NCBI GenBank assembly: GCA_963808345.1
Contig: CAWEFM010000001.1
Coordinates: forward strand, 472,884-536,883
Origin: an uncultured Actinomycetota bacterium
GTDB lineage: Bacteria > Actinomycetota > Actinomycetes > Mycobacteriales > Mycobacteriaceae
Direction: 5' to 3'
Length of the DNA stretch: 64,000 nucleotides
Under the pieces are notes generated by a model. It was not told the DNA's origin, did not search any database, and worked only from the letters and a program-made list of their open reading frames with translations. This document shows positions 7,071 to 18,594 of the stretch, in pieces. The translations under genes and the position numbers were made by a program. Within the stretch, counting starts at the first letter, position 1. Each line of letters begins with the position of its first letter.

Positions 7071-7607
7071 TCACTCGGGCGCACTGGCCCTCGCATCGCG
7101 CACGATGCGGAGAGCTTCGCCTTCTGTGCAGTCCAGGCCGGCATCTGTTATCTGGCGCTGCACCGCCTGCACCGCCTCATCCTCGCTGAGGTCGTCGGGA
7201 ACCTCAATTCGCCGCTGTTCCAGCTTCTCTCGTTGATTCATCTGCTCGCGCTCAGCTTCGGCTTGCTCGAGCACCTCGGTGACCACGCCGCCCGGTTTCA
7301 CAAACTCGGAAACGTTCAGCTCCCCGCTGACATCATCGGTTGCCGCGACGATTCGCGCGCGCCAGGCCTCATCGAGGTCGAGGCGCACAGAACCCGCACA
7401 TCCGGGGCACTCGAGGTCGTAGGCGGACACGTCGTCGCCGTGCCCGACAAGTTCTGTTGGCGTGCCGCCGGTTGCAGCGCGAATCGCGATGCGCTCGGAA
7501 GAGCCGCCCGGCCAGGCGGCCACTCCGATGGTCCTGGCGTCGTGCAAACCCAGCGCATCGCTGCCGGTGCAAACGATGCGGACACGGGATTCCGGCTCGA
7601 CGTTCAT
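7071..7607 (-). CDS. Hypothetical protein (C...H...CPGC possible Zn site)
   Basis: MNVEPESRVRIVC... with GGGGAG RBS and an acidic C-terminal helical region. Confidence 0.7.
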   Translation of the reverse strand: MNVEPESRVRIVCTGSDALGLHDARTIGVAAWPGGSSERIAIRAATGGTPTELVGHGDDVSAYDLECPGCAGSVRLDLDEAWRARIVAATDDVSGELNVSEFVKPGGVVTEVLEQAEAEREQMNQREKLEQRRIEVPDDLSEDEAVQAVQRQITDAGLDCTEGEALRIVRDARASAPE

Positions 7608-7908
7608 TCGCTCCCCAATCGACCTGTTGACCGTAGCAGGACACGCAGCGTGCCGGCTCTTCGTCCGAACCCGCCTGCCAGTCGCCACTGACCACGACAG
7701 ACCAAGAAGGCGGAATTCTCCCCAAGCGCCCGGGCGGCCGGCCACCGCACATTGGATCTGCGCGCGCCGCTATTGAGTTCAGCAACCTGTTCACCGAGTT
7801 CTGGTGGTTGTTCTAGGGTTTGGGCGCCACCGTGAACGGCGCGTGAATTGTGCGATTACAGCACTGTCACGCTGGCGCCGCCGACCCCTCAGCCACAACA
7901 CTGTTGGC

Positions 7909-8292
7909 GTGGCGATAACCCCAATTTCTCCGGTCGCGTTCTTCAAATCAGTGGTGCGGTGGCTGCAGGTCGGTTACCCGGAGGGCGTGCCCGGACCGGA
8001 CCGACTCGCGCTGCTGGCGCTGCTGCGCAGCACCCCGCTGACCGAAGAGCAGATCACCGAGGTCGTCGACGCCATCGACGAGGAAGACCTGTCGAACGGC
8101 AAAGTCGACCGCGACGTGATCGCCGACTTCATCTCCGACATGACGCACTACGACGCGGGTCCGGAGAACATCGCCCGGGTCGCGGCGCGACTGGCGGCTG
8201 CGGGCTGGCCGCTCGCGGGTATCCAAGGCGCCTCCGAAGACAACGCCGAACCGAGCGCCGCTAACGGCGAGGCAGCTCCCTCACAGAGTTGA
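7909..8292 (+). CDS. DUF3349 family protein (Rv3046c homolog)
   Basis: [22 protein letters not shown]...RLAAAGWPL motif and synteny. Confidence 0.85.
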   Translation: MAITPISPVAFFKSVVRWLQVGYPEGVPGPDRLALLALLRSTPLTEEQITEVVDAIDEEDLSNGKVDRDVIADFISDMTHYDAGPENIARVAARLAAAGWPLAGIQGASEDNAEPSAANGEAAPSQS

Positions 8293-9321
8293 CGTGTCGA
8301 TGACGAACCGGTACCGCACGTCGCTGGCCAGCACCCGCTCGTAGGCCTCGTTGACGTAGTCCGACTCGATGAGCTCGATCTCAGGCGTGACGTGGTGCTC
8401 GGCACAGAAGTCCAGCATCTCCTGGGTTTCGGCGATGCCGCCGATGTTCGATCCCGAAAGGCTGCGCCGCCCCAGCGCCAGCGGGAACGCGGGCACCTCC
8501 ATGGGGTGCTCGGGGATCCCCAGTTCGACGAGCGTGCCGTCGACGTCGAGCAGACTGAGGTAGTCGCCGAGGTTCAGGTTCGCCGAAACGGTGTTCAGGA
8601 TGAGGTCGAAGCTGCCACGTAAGTTGCGGAAGGTGTTGGGGTCCGACGTCGCGTAGTAGTGGTTGGCGCCTAAACGCAGGCCGTCCTCCATCTTCTTCAG
8701 CGACTGCGACAGCACCGTCACCTCGGCGCCCATTGCCGCGCCCAGCTTTACGCCCATGTGGCCCAGGCCGCCCAAGCCGATGATTGCCAGACGGGTGTTC
8801 TCGCCGGCCTGCCAGTGCCGCAGGGGAGAGAAGAGCGTGATGCCCGCACACAACAGCGGTGCGGCGTTGTCCAACGGAAGCGAGTCGGGAATGCGCACGA
8901 CGTAGTTCTCGTCGACCACGATCGCCTGGCTGTAGCCGCCCTGAGTGGGTTCACCGTCTCGGCCGACCGCGTTGTAGGTAAAGGTCGCGCCCGGCTTGCA
9001 GTACTGCTCGAGGCCGGCCCGGCAACTGCTGCATTCGCGGCAGGAGTCCACCATGCAGCCCACGCCGACGTGATCGCCGACCTTGAACTTGGCCACGTCG
9101 GATCCGACTTCGGTTACTTCGCCGGCGATTTCGTGGCCGGGAACAACCGGGTAGTTCGGCTGACCCCACTCGGCCTTGACGGTGTGAATGTCGGAGTGGC
9201 AGATCCCGGCGAACTTGATCTGGATAGCCACGTCGTGCGAGCCCGTCGTGCGGCGCACGATTGTGGTCTTGGTCAAGGGCTCGATCGGCGAGGTAGCGGC
9301 ATAAGCGGAAACAGTCGTCAT
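8281..9321 (-). CDS. adhC: NADP-dependent Zn alcohol dehydrogenase
   Basis: GICHSD, GHE, CxxCxxC structural Zn, GLGGLG and synteny with Rv3045. Confidence 0.95.
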   Translation of the reverse strand: MTTVSAYAATSPIEPLTKTTIVRRTTGSHDVAIQIKFAGICHSDIHTVKAEWGQPNYPVVPGHEIAGEVTEVGSDVAKFKVGDHVGVGCMVDSCRECSSCRAGLEQYCKPGATFTYNAVGRDGEPTQGGYSQAIVVDENYVVRIPDSLPLDNAAPLLCAGITLFSPLRHWQAGENTRLAIIGLGGLGHMGVKLGAAMGAEVTVLSQSLKKMEDGLRLGANHYYATSDPNTFRNLRGSFDLILNTVSANLNLGDYLSLLDVDGTLVELGIPEHPMEVPAFPLALGRRSLSGSNIGGIAETQEMLDFCAEHHVTPEIELIESDYVNEAYERVLASDVRYRFVIDTSTL

Positions 9322-9536
9322 CAAGACCCCTCGTCGAACCAACCGGAAACATAGAAAACCTTAGCGATTATAACGGTTCCTGGCGTCGTCACTTCAGGCG
9401 CACTAAAGCGCACGAACATTGGGTGGGAGCGAGGACGCTGGCATCGCGCGTCGAAACTGCACTCAGGTACACCTGCATCGAAGCGGCGCGTCGTCTCTCT
9501 GATTGCAGTGTCCGGCGCAGTGCTGCGAACTGGCCG

Positions 9537-10760
9537 CTAGTTGATCGGGGCGTTGATCAGGTGCAGGTCGTCGAGCATCCCGCGCGCGGCGATGACGCCC
9601 TGACCGGTCTGCCACACCTCGTTGTTGACGATGAAGACGCGGTTGTCGCGGGTGGCGGACAGCCGTCGCCAGGCGTTGCTGTCCAGCACGGTCGGCGCGC
9701 GGTTCTTGGCGACTGGCGACGCGAAGGAAACGTAGACCACGTCGCCGTCAGCGGCTGAAAAATCCGCTCCCGCCAGATCCGCGTCGCTGGCGGCGAGTTC
9801 GGTGAACGGCTTGTCGGTGAACCGCTGAGCACCGGGCCGGTCTACGCCGACCGCCCGAAGAACGCTCGCCGGGAAGTTGGCGGCGCCGTACACCCGCACC
9901 GTCTTGTCGGTCAGTTGGACGACCGAGACTTGATAGTGGGCGGCGTCGTGCGCCGCACCGGTCTGCTCGGCCTTGGCCTTGAAGTCGTTGACCACCTCGT
10001 CGGCGGCGGCGGCCCGCCCGGTGGCGGCGCCCACGCCGCGCAGGTCGTCCGCCCAGGCCGCACCGGGCGCCGCTGTGAACACTGTCGGGGCGATCGCGGC
10101 CAACGCGGAATACAGCTGCGGCGTCAGCGCCACTGAGCCGAGGATCAGGTCCGGTTTGGCGGCCGCGATCGCCGGCAGATTCGGGGCGTTGCCGCTACCG
10201 ACACCCGGCAACTGGTGGATGACGGCGCCCAAGTAGGACGGCTGGCTTTCGGAGCCGTCGGGCAGCGCGGCGTCGACGATGCGCGACTGCAGGCCCAGCG
10301 CGCACAAGGCGTCGAGCTGGTCACTGGAAAGCACCACTATGCGCTGCGGGTCGGCGTTGACCTGCGCTGTCGGCGGGTCGACGCCCTCGGCGTTGGGCGC
10401 CGAGCGCATCGGCGGACCAGGATCCGCCGCGGCCGGCTGCGGCGCGCACGACTCGTCGGGCCGGCGGGCATTGCCCAATACACCGGCCCCGGCGATTGTG
10501 GTCGTGCTGGTTCTCGCCGACTTAATCGCCGACGGTTGGCTGCCCGGCGGGGCGGGCCGGCAGCTGGTGCACACCGTGACCGAAACCGCCGTCAGCACCG
10601 CTGCTGCGGCCAGCGCGACGCCGGGGCGCGGCGGGTCGCCGCCGAGTAACCGTGGCGATCGCAAGGGCGGCGGAGCCGGGCGCGGCGGGTCGCCACCGAA
10701 TAACCGTGGCGATCGCAAGGGCGGCGGAGCCGGGCGCGGCGGGTCGCCACCGAATAACAC
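9537..10760 (-). CDS. fecB: Fe(III)-siderophore-binding lipoprotein FecB, with repeat-expanded N-terminus
   Basis: IAGAGVLGN..RPDESCA, PQRIVVL, DALCALG and KPDLILG motifs, synteny with Rv3044. Start uncertain (GTG at 10760). Confidence 0.9.
   Translation of the reverse strand: MLFGGDPPRPAPPPLRSPRLFGGDPPRPAPPPLRSPRLLGGDPPRPGVALAAAAVLTAVSVTVCTSCRPAPPGSQPSAIKSARTSTTTIAGAGVLGNARRPDESCAPQPAAADPGPPMRSAPNAEGVDPPTAQVNADPQRIVVLSSDQLDALCALGLQSRIVDAALPDGSESQPSYLGAVIHQLPGVGSGNAPNLPAIAAAKPDLILGSVALTPQLYSALAAIAPTVFTAAPGAAWADDLRGVGAATGRAAAADEVVNDFKAKAEQTGAAHDAAHYQVSVVQLTDKTVRVYGAANFPASVLRAVGVDRPGAQRFTDKPFTELAASDADLAGADFSAADGDVVYVSFASPVAKNRAPTVLDSNAWRRLSATRDNRVFIVNNEVWQTGQGVIAARGMLDDLHLINAPIN
10624..10758. 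repeat. 54-bp MIRU/VNTR-like tandem repeat, 2.5 copies
   Basis: Units start at 10624, 10678 and 10732. Contains the GGCGATCGCAAG..GCGG..GCCGGGCGC.GCGGGTCGCC mycobacterial repeat motif. Confidence 0.9.
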
Positions 10761-10919
10761 GGCTCCGACGGTAACACCGCCAGGCCTAGCGGAATCGGTA
10801 GCGACTAAGGAAATACGACAGTTTGTAGGACCTGGGCCGACAGGGCGGCGATCGAAGGCTAGGATTTGCCTGAAGAGGTCTGGGATTGCCCTGCCCACGG
10901 TGGATGTTTGGAGGACCCC

Positions 10920-12674
10920 TTGACAGCCGAAGCGCCCCCGTTACGAGAACTCGAGGCCAGTCGTCCATTCCCGGCGCGATTGGGCCCAAAGGGCAACCTG
11001 ATCTACCGGCTGGTCACCACCACCGATCACAAGCTGATCGGCATCATGTACGTCGTCACCTGCTTCGCCTTCTTCTTCATCGGCGGGCTGATGGCCCTGT
11101 TCATGCGAGCCGAACTGGCCGCGCCGGGTATGCAGTTCCTATCTACTGAGCAGTACAACCAGCTGTTCACCATGCACGGCACGATCATGCTGCTGTTCTA
11201 TGCCACCCCGATCGTGTTCGGGTTCGCCAACCTGGTGATGCCGCTGCAGATCGGCGCACCCGACGTGGCGTTCCCGCGGCTGAACGCGTTCTCGTTCTGG
11301 CTGTTTTTGTTCGGCGGCTTGATCTCGACCGCGGGCTTCATCACCCCGGGTGGGGCGGCGGACTTCGGCTGGACCGCATACACCCCGCTCACCGATGCCA
11401 TCCATTCACCAGGACCAGGCGGCGACCTGTGGATCATGGGCCTCGCCGTCGCCGGTTTGGGCACCATCCTGGGTGGGGTCAACATGATCACCACGGTGGT
11501 GTGCATGCGGGCACCGGGCATGACGATGTTCCGCATGCCGATCTTCACCTGGAACATCTTGGTGACGTCCATCCTGGTGCTGTTGGCCTTCCCGCTGCTG
11601 ACCGCCGCGCTGTTCGGGCTGGCCGCCGACCGCCACCTGGGCGCGCACGTATATGACCCCGCCAATGGTGGAGTGCTGTTGTGGCAGCACCTGTTCTGGT
11701 TCTTCGGCCACCCCGAGGTCTACATCGTCGCGCTGCCGTTCTTCGGCATCGTCACTGAAATCTTGCCGGTATTCGCCCGAAAGCCGATCTTCGGCTACAC
11801 CACGCTGGTGTACGCCACGCTGGCGATCGCGGCGCTGTCGGTGGCGGTGTGGGCGCACCACATGTTCGCCACCGGTGCGGTACTGCTGCCGTTCTTCTCG
11901 TTTATGACCTATCTGATCGCGGTGCCGACCGGAATCAAGTTCTTCAACTGGATCGGCACCTTGTGGAAGGGGCAGTTGACTTTCGAGACGCCGATGCTGT
12001 TCTCCATCGGCTTCCTGCTCACCTTCCTGCTGGGCGGACTGACCGGTGTGCTGCTGGCCAGCCCGCCGCTGGACTTCCACGTCACCGATAGCTACTTCGT
12101 GGTCGCTCACTTCCACTACGTGCTGTTCGGCACCATCGTCTTCGCCACCTACGCCGGTGTGTACTTCTGGTTCCCGAAAATGACTGGCCGGCTGCTCGAC
12201 GAGCGGCTGGGCAAGCTGCACTTCTGGCTGACCTTCATCGGTTTCCACGTGACGTTCCTCATCCAGCACTGGCTGGGTGACGCCGGTATGCCGCGCCGCT
12301 ACGCGGACTACCTGCCCAGCGATAATTTCACCTGGATGCACGCCTTCTCCACGGTCGGAGCGTTCATCCTCGGTGCGTCGATGCTGCCGTTCGTGTGGAA
12401 CGTGTTCAAGAGCTGGCGCTACGGCGAGGTGGTCACCGTCGACGACCCGTGGGGTTACGGCAATTCGCTGGAATGGGCCACCAGCTGCCCGCCGCCGCGG
12501 CACAACTTCACCGAGTTGCCGCGGATCCGCTCCGAGCGTCCGGCGTTCGAGCTGCACTACCCGCACATGGTGGAGCGGTTGCGCGCGGAAGCCCATATCG
12601 GCCGGCACGCCACCGCCGGTGAGTCCGACGAGGGCTTCGGCCCGCGGACGGAGCCGGATCGCGACGCCAGTTGA
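10920..12674 (+). CDS. ctaD: Cytochrome c oxidase subunit I
   Basis: [18 protein letters not shown] and AHFHY motifs. TTG start after GGAGG. Confidence 0.98.
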   Translation: MTAEAPPLRELEASRPFPARLGPKGNLIYRLVTTTDHKLIGIMYVVTCFAFFFIGGLMALFMRAELAAPGMQFLSTEQYNQLFTMHGTIMLLFYATPIVFGFANLVMPLQIGAPDVAFPRLNAFSFWLFLFGGLISTAGFITPGGAADFGWTAYTPLTDAIHSPGPGGDLWIMGLAVAGLGTILGGVNMITTVVCMRAPGMTMFRMPIFTWNILVTSILVLLAFPLLTAALFGLAADRHLGAHVYDPANGGVLLWQHLFWFFGHPEVYIVALPFFGIVTEILPVFARKPIFGYTTLVYATLAIAALSVAVWAHHMFATGAVLLPFFSFMTYLIAVPTGIKFFNWIGTLWKGQLTFETPMLFSIGFLLTFLLGGLTGVLLASPPLDFHVTDSYFVVAHFHYVLFGTIVFATYAGVYFWFPKMTGRLLDERLGKLHFWLTFIGFHVTFLIQHWLGDAGMPRRYADYLPSDNFTWMHAFSTVGAFILGASMLPFVWNVFKSWRYGEVVTVDDPWGYGNSLEWATSCPPPRHNFTELPRIRSERPAFELHYPHMVERLRAEAHIGRHATAGESDEGFGPRTEPDRDAS

Positions 12675-13937
<1,263 letters not shown>

Positions 13938-13963
13938 CGGTGTTCGCCGGGCCGCGCCCGGCC

Positions 13964-14017
13964 ACCAGACGTGAAAGCTTCAATTCCCGCGGCGTGTCGG
14001 GTGCTTTCGCGTCTGGT
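13964..14017. repeat. Intergenic palindromic element / possible terminator after serB2
   Basis: ACCAGACGTGAAAGC (13964-13978) pairs with GCTTTCGCGTCTGGT (14003-14017). Loop contains CGGCGTGTCG. Confidence 0.55.
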
Positions 14018-14077
14018 CGCGGGAAGAGGCAACCCCCGCGCGCCGGTGGTGACGGGGCGGTACGGCACGATAGTCGA

Positions 14078-14920
14078 GTGCCCGAAATCGGAAGCGAGGC
14101 AGTCGACCCCGATCTGCTCATCGACTTCAGGGATGTTTCGCTGCGCCGCGGTGGGCGCGTCCTGGTTGGTCCGGTGACCTGGTCGGTTGAACTCGACGAG
14201 CGCTGGGTGATCCTCGGGCCCAACGGGGCGGGCAAGACTTCGCTGCTGCGGATAGCAGCGGCGACCGAACATCCGTCGTCGGGCATCGCCTACGTGGTCG
14301 GTGAGCGGCTGGGCCGCGTCGACGTGAACGAACTGCGCGCCCGGGTGGGGTTGAGCTCGTCGTCGCTGGCGCAGCGGATACCCGGCAACGAAGTGGTGCG
14401 CGACCTCGTCGTGTCAGCCGGATACGCGGTGCTGGGCCGGTGGCGGGAGAACTACGAGGAAGTCGACTATCACCAGGCGGTCGACATGCTGGAGAATCTG
14501 GGGGCCGAGCATCTGGCCAACCGCACCTACGACACGCTCTCAGAAGGTGAGCGCAAGCGGGTGCTGATCGCTCGCGCGCTGATGACCGACCCGGAACTAC
14601 TGCTGCTCGACGAACCCGCCGCCGGCCTGGACCTCGGTGGCCGGGAGGAACTGGTGGCCCTGCTCACCGATCTGGCCGCCGACCCCGACGCGCCGGCCAT
14701 GGTGCTGGTCACCCACCACGTCGAGGAGATCCCGATCGGGTTCAGCCACTGCATGCTGCTGTCTGAGGGTCAGATCGTCGCCGCAGGCCTGCTGCCCGAC
14801 GTGCTCACTGCCGAGAACCTGTCCGCGGCGTTCGGGCAATCCATGGCGGTCGACGTCCTCGACGGGCGCTACTTCGCCCGCCGGGTACGCTCCCGCGCCG
14901 CTCACCGGAGGCGCGGGTGA
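14078..14920 (+). CDS. ABC transporter ATP-binding protein (Rv3041c homolog)
   Basis: GPNGAGKT, LSEGE and LLLLDEP motifs. Confidence 0.95.
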   Translation: MPEIGSEAVDPDLLIDFRDVSLRRGGRVLVGPVTWSVELDERWVILGPNGAGKTSLLRIAAATEHPSSGIAYVVGERLGRVDVNELRARVGLSSSSLAQRIPGNEVVRDLVVSAGYAVLGRWRENYEEVDYHQAVDMLENLGAEHLANRTYDTLSEGERKRVLIARALMTDPELLLLDEPAAGLDLGGREELVALLTDLAADPDAPAMVLVTHHVEEIPIGFSHCMLLSEGQIVAAGLLPDVLTAENLSAAFGQSMAVDVLDGRYFARRVRSRAAHRRRG

Positions 14921-15732
14921 ATTCGCCCGGCGAGCAGCCCGCTGTCCCGCTGCCGGTCCGGCCGGCGGCCACGGTGATGCTGGTCCGCGACACCGCCGAC
15001 GGCATCGCGGTCTTTTTGATGCGGCGACACTCGGCGATGCAATTCGCTGCCGGGGTGATGGTGTTTCCCGGCGGCGGCGTCGACGACCGCGACCGCAACA
15101 CCGACATCGCGTGGACGGGTCCCGATCCGGCGTGGTGGGCGCAGCGGTTCAGTGTCGAACCTGAGTTGGCCGGGGCGTTGGTCTGCGCCGCCGCACGTGA
15201 GACCTTCGAGGAGACCGGCGTGCTGTTCGCCGGTCCCGCCGACGACCCGCAGGGCATTGTCGGCGACGCGTCTGTGTACCAGGAGTCACGCGCCGCCTTG
15301 GCCGAGCGGACGCTGTCGTTCGCCGATTTCCTGCGCCGCGAGAACCTGGTGCTGCGTGCGGATCTGCTGCGCCCTTGGGCCAATTGGGTGACGCCGGAAG
15401 CTGAACGCACCCGCCGCTACGACACGTACTTCTTCGTCGGCGCCCTGCCCGAGGGTCAGCGCGCCGACGGGGAGAACACCGAAGCCGACCGGGCCGGCTG
15501 GACCACGCCGCAGGACGCGATCGACGACTTCACGGCCGGCCGGACGTTTTTGCTTCCGCCGACCTGGACTCAACTGGATTCACTGGTCGGCCAAACGGTG
15601 CGCGAGGTGCTGGCGGCCGAGCGCAACATCGCGCCGGTTCAGCCGGATCTTGCGGTCAAGGGCGACACCTTCGCGCTCGAGTTCTTCGACTCCGACCGTT
15701 ACAACCGGGCGCGCGGCCGGCGATGGATGTGA
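14917..15732 (+). CDS. NUDIX hydrolase (Rv3040c homolog)
   Basis: FPGGGVD...[10 protein letters not shown] motif. Confidence 0.93.
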   Translation: MNSPGEQPAVPLPVRPAATVMLVRDTADGIAVFLMRRHSAMQFAAGVMVFPGGGVDDRDRNTDIAWTGPDPAWWAQRFSVEPELAGALVCAAARETFEETGVLFAGPADDPQGIVGDASVYQESRAALAERTLSFADFLRRENLVLRADLLRPWANWVTPEAERTRRYDTYFFVGALPEGQRADGENTEADRAGWTTPQDAIDDFTAGRTFLLPPTWTQLDSLVGQTVREVLAAERNIAPVQPDLAVKGDTFALEFFDSDRYNRARGRRWM

Positions 15733-16481
15733 GCGAGTTCGTCAGCATCCACACCGACGCCGGGCGGCCCGGCGTCGCCACCGTGGTGCTGTCCCGGCCG
15801 CCCACCAACGCCCTGACCCGCCAGGTCTACCGTGAGCTCGCGGCAGCGTCCGCCGGACTGGGGAAGCGCAGCGACGTCGCCGCGGTGGTGTTGTTCGGTG
15901 GTCACGAGATCTTCTCCGCCGGTGACGACATGCCTGCGTTGCGCAGTCTCACTGCGGACGAGGTCCACAGCTGGGTCGACGTCCGTCGGGCCGCCGTCGA
16001 AGCCGTCGCAGCGCTGCCCAAGCCGACCGTCGCCGCGATCACCGGTTACGCGCTGGGCACCGGGCTGACGCTGGCGTTGTCCGCCGACTGGCGGATCAGC
16101 GGCGACAACGCCAAGTTCGGCGCGACCGAGATCCTCGCCGGGTTGATTCCCGACGGTGCCGGGCTCACGTGGTTGGCGCAGGCGGTGGGCGCCGGACGCG
16201 CCAAGGAGCTGGTGTACAGCGGGCGGTTCTTCGATGCCGAGGAGGCGCTGGCGCTGGGCGTGGTCGACGACATGGTGGCGCCGGATCACGTCTACGAGGC
16301 CGCCGTGGCGTGGGCGAGTCGGTTCGTAGCCGCGCCCGCGCACGCGCTGGCCGCCGCGAAGGCGTGCGTCGACGACGTCTTTGCGAAGCCACCGGCCGAG
16401 CGGGTGGCCGCAGCGCGCCGCCGTTACGTGGAGGTATTCGCCGCCGGCGCTGAACATCCCGCCGGCGGGGTTGGCCAATGA
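15729..16481 (+). CDS. echA17: Enoyl-CoA hydratase family protein
   Basis: RPPTNAL, FSAGDD and [14 protein letters not shown] motifs, synteny with Rv3039c. Confidence 0.9.
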   Translation: MSEFVSIHTDAGRPGVATVVLSRPPTNALTRQVYRELAAASAGLGKRSDVAAVVLFGGHEIFSAGDDMPALRSLTADEVHSWVDVRRAAVEAVAALPKPTVAAITGYALGTGLTLALSADWRISGDNAKFGATEILAGLIPDGAGLTWLAQAVGAGRAKELVYSGRFFDAEEALALGVVDDMVAPDHVYEAAVAWASRFVAAPAHALAAAKACVDDVFAKPPAERVAAARRRYVEVFAAGAEHPAGGVGQ

Positions 16482-16555
16482 ACTACGGTGCGTGTCGGTC
16501 TGTCCTAAGCTGGCGCACGCGATTGCACAGTAAGCATCTACGCGGGGGTGTAGTG

Positions 16556-17566
16556 ATGCCGGTATCCCGTTCTCTTCGTTACGCTGTCGCCGGCCTGCTG
16601 TCGGTGCTGCCCCTGGCGTTCTCGTCGGCGACGGCCTGGGCCGAGGAGTCGGTCGTCATAGACTTCGTTCGGCACGGCCAGGATGCAGCCAATGCGGCGG
16701 GCGTGATCGAGACGACGCCGCCCGGTGATGAACTCACTCCCCTCGGCTATACCGAGGCGATGACCGTCGGCGCCATGCTCGCTCCGCAGAGCCCCTTCGC
16801 CGGGCTCTACGATTCGGACCTGTTACGGACGCAAGAGACCGCAGGGTGCGTACCAGGGTGCTTGGCAGACCTGACGCACATGACCCCGCAGGTGTTATCC
16901 GGCCTCAACGAGATCAATGCCGGCATCTACGAAGGTTCACCGGTGTACAGCCTCGAGGGTCTGCTGTACTTACTGGCCCCGGCTGCGTGGACGCTCGGAG
17001 CAGAGTTCGTGCCGATCCCGGGCTCCACCGACCCCAATGGGATAGCGTTCGACGAACGCTTTAGTGACGCCGTTCAAACGATCTATGGCAACACCGTCGC
17101 GAGCGGTGACAGCAGTCCGACCGACGTAGCCTTTTCCAGCGAAGGTGCGATCACTACCTGGACGCTGATGAACGTCAACAATCCCGACTTCTCCGCTGTC
17201 CTCACAACGTTGCTCGACACGGGACAGCTGCTGCCCAACACGGGCGAGGTCGTGGTCGAAGGCGAACCCGGGGATTGGACCCTGACGAGCTATGACGGGA
17301 TAGCGGTTCCGCAAGATCCGGGATTGCCGACCGAACTGTTCGTCGATGCCCGCAACCTGATCGAGGCGCCGCAGTTCGCGACTTACGACATCTACGAGGC
17401 GTTGGTCAACGGCTCCCCAACGATCACCAGCGCGATCGACGCCGGCCTCAATCAGATCCTGGCGGCGACGGAGCAGTTTCCGGGCGCGGTGATCGGGGAC
17501 ATCGTAAACGCGCTGGGCGGTGACTTCTCGAGCGCGGCGGCCAACTCGCTGCTGGCGTCGATCTGA
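16556..17566 (+). CDS. Secreted histidine phosphatase (phosphoglycerate mutase superfamily) protein
   Basis: Signal peptide ending AWA|EE, FVRHG and LNEINAGIYEG motifs. Confidence 0.85.
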   Translation: MPVSRSLRYAVAGLLSVLPLAFSSATAWAEESVVIDFVRHGQDAANAAGVIETTPPGDELTPLGYTEAMTVGAMLAPQSPFAGLYDSDLLRTQETAGCVPGCLADLTHMTPQVLSGLNEINAGIYEGSPVYSLEGLLYLLAPAAWTLGAEFVPIPGSTDPNGIAFDERFSDAVQTIYGNTVASGDSSPTDVAFSSEGAITTWTLMNVNNPDFSAVLTTLLDTGQLLPNTGEVVVEGEPGDWTLTSYDGIAVPQDPGLPTELFVDARNLIEAPQFATYDIYEALVNGSPTITSAIDAGLNQILAATEQFPGAVIGDIVNALGGDFSSAAANSLLASI

Positions 17567-17625
17567 GCCCAGTTGAGCGTCGCTGCCGGCACAGCCAAGG
17601 CGGGCGGCCGATAGGCTGGCTGACC

Positions 17626-18594
17626 ATGACGAGTAGCAATCCGGCACCGCAGCCGCATGCCACTGCGGAGCAGGTGGAAGCCGCCCGGCATGACAGCAAG
17701 CTCGCCCAGGTGCTCTACCACGACTGGGAGGCCGAGAGCTACGACGATAAGTGGTCGATCTCCTACGACCAGCGCTGCGTCGACTACGCCCGCGGCCGGT
17801 TCGACGCGATTGTGCCGGACACCGAAATCCGCAACCTGCCCTATGACCGCGCCCTCGAACTCGGTTGCGGCACAGGCTTTTTCCTGCTCAACCTGATCCA
17901 GTCCGGGGTTGCTCGGCGCGGTTCGGTCACCGATCTGTCGCCGGGCATGGTCAAGGTCGCCACCCGCAACGGTCAGTCGTTGGGCCTGGACATCGACGGC
18001 CGGGTCGCCGACGCCGAGGGCATCCCCTACGACGACGACACCTTCGACCTGGTGGTCGGGCACGCAGTGCTGCATCACATCCCCGACGTCGAGCTGTCGC
18101 TGCGAGAGGTGATCCGGGTACTGCGACCCGGCGGCCGGTTCGTGTTCGCCGGCGAACCGACCACCGTCGGCAACCGATACGCCCGTGCGCTGGCAGACCT
18201 CACCTGGAACACCACCATCCGGGTTGTCAAGCTGCCCGGTCTGGGCGCCTGGCGCCTCGCGCAGGCGGAGCTCGACGAGAACTCACGGGCGGCCGCGCTG
18301 GAGTGGGTGGTCGACCTGCACACCTTCACGCCACGCGAGCTGGAGACGATGGCCACCAACGCCGGCGCGACCCAAGTTCACACTGCCAGTGAGGAATTCA
18401 CCGCGGCGATGCTGGGCTGGCCGGTCCGCACCTTCGAATCAACCGTCCCGCCCGGACGGTTGGGTTGGAATTGGGCGCATTTCGCTTTCAACGGCTGGAA
18501 GGCGCTGAGCTGGGTGGACGCCATGGTGTGGCGCCGCGTCGTGCCCAAAGGCTGGTTCTACAACGTCATGATCACGGGAATCAAACCGTCCTGA
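17626..18594 (+). CDS. Class I SAM-dependent methyltransferase (Rv3038c homolog)
   Basis: LELGCGTG motif and synteny. Confidence 0.93.
   Translation: MTSSNPAPQPHATAEQVEAARHDSKLAQVLYHDWEAESYDDKWSISYDQRCVDYARGRFDAIVPDTEIRNLPYDRALELGCGTGFFLLNLIQSGVARRGSVTDLSPGMVKVATRNGQSLGLDIDGRVADAEGIPYDDDTFDLVVGHAVLHHIPDVELSLREVIRVLRPGGRFVFAGEPTTVGNRYARALADLTWNTTIRVVKLPGLGAWRLAQAELDENSRAAALEWVVDLHTFTPRELETMATNAGATQVHTASEEFTAAMLGWPVRTFESTVPPGRLGWNWAHFAFNGWKALSWVDAMVWRRVVPKGWFYNVMITGIKPS

Noticed and set aside
10624-10758. 54-bp repeats as a CRISPR array or IS ends
   Set aside because: The intervening segments are identical, so this is a tandem VNTR. There is no transposase.
10780-10900. IdeR iron box in the fecB-ctaD intergenic region
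   Set aside because: Only partial matches to the 19-bp consensus, not enough to call.
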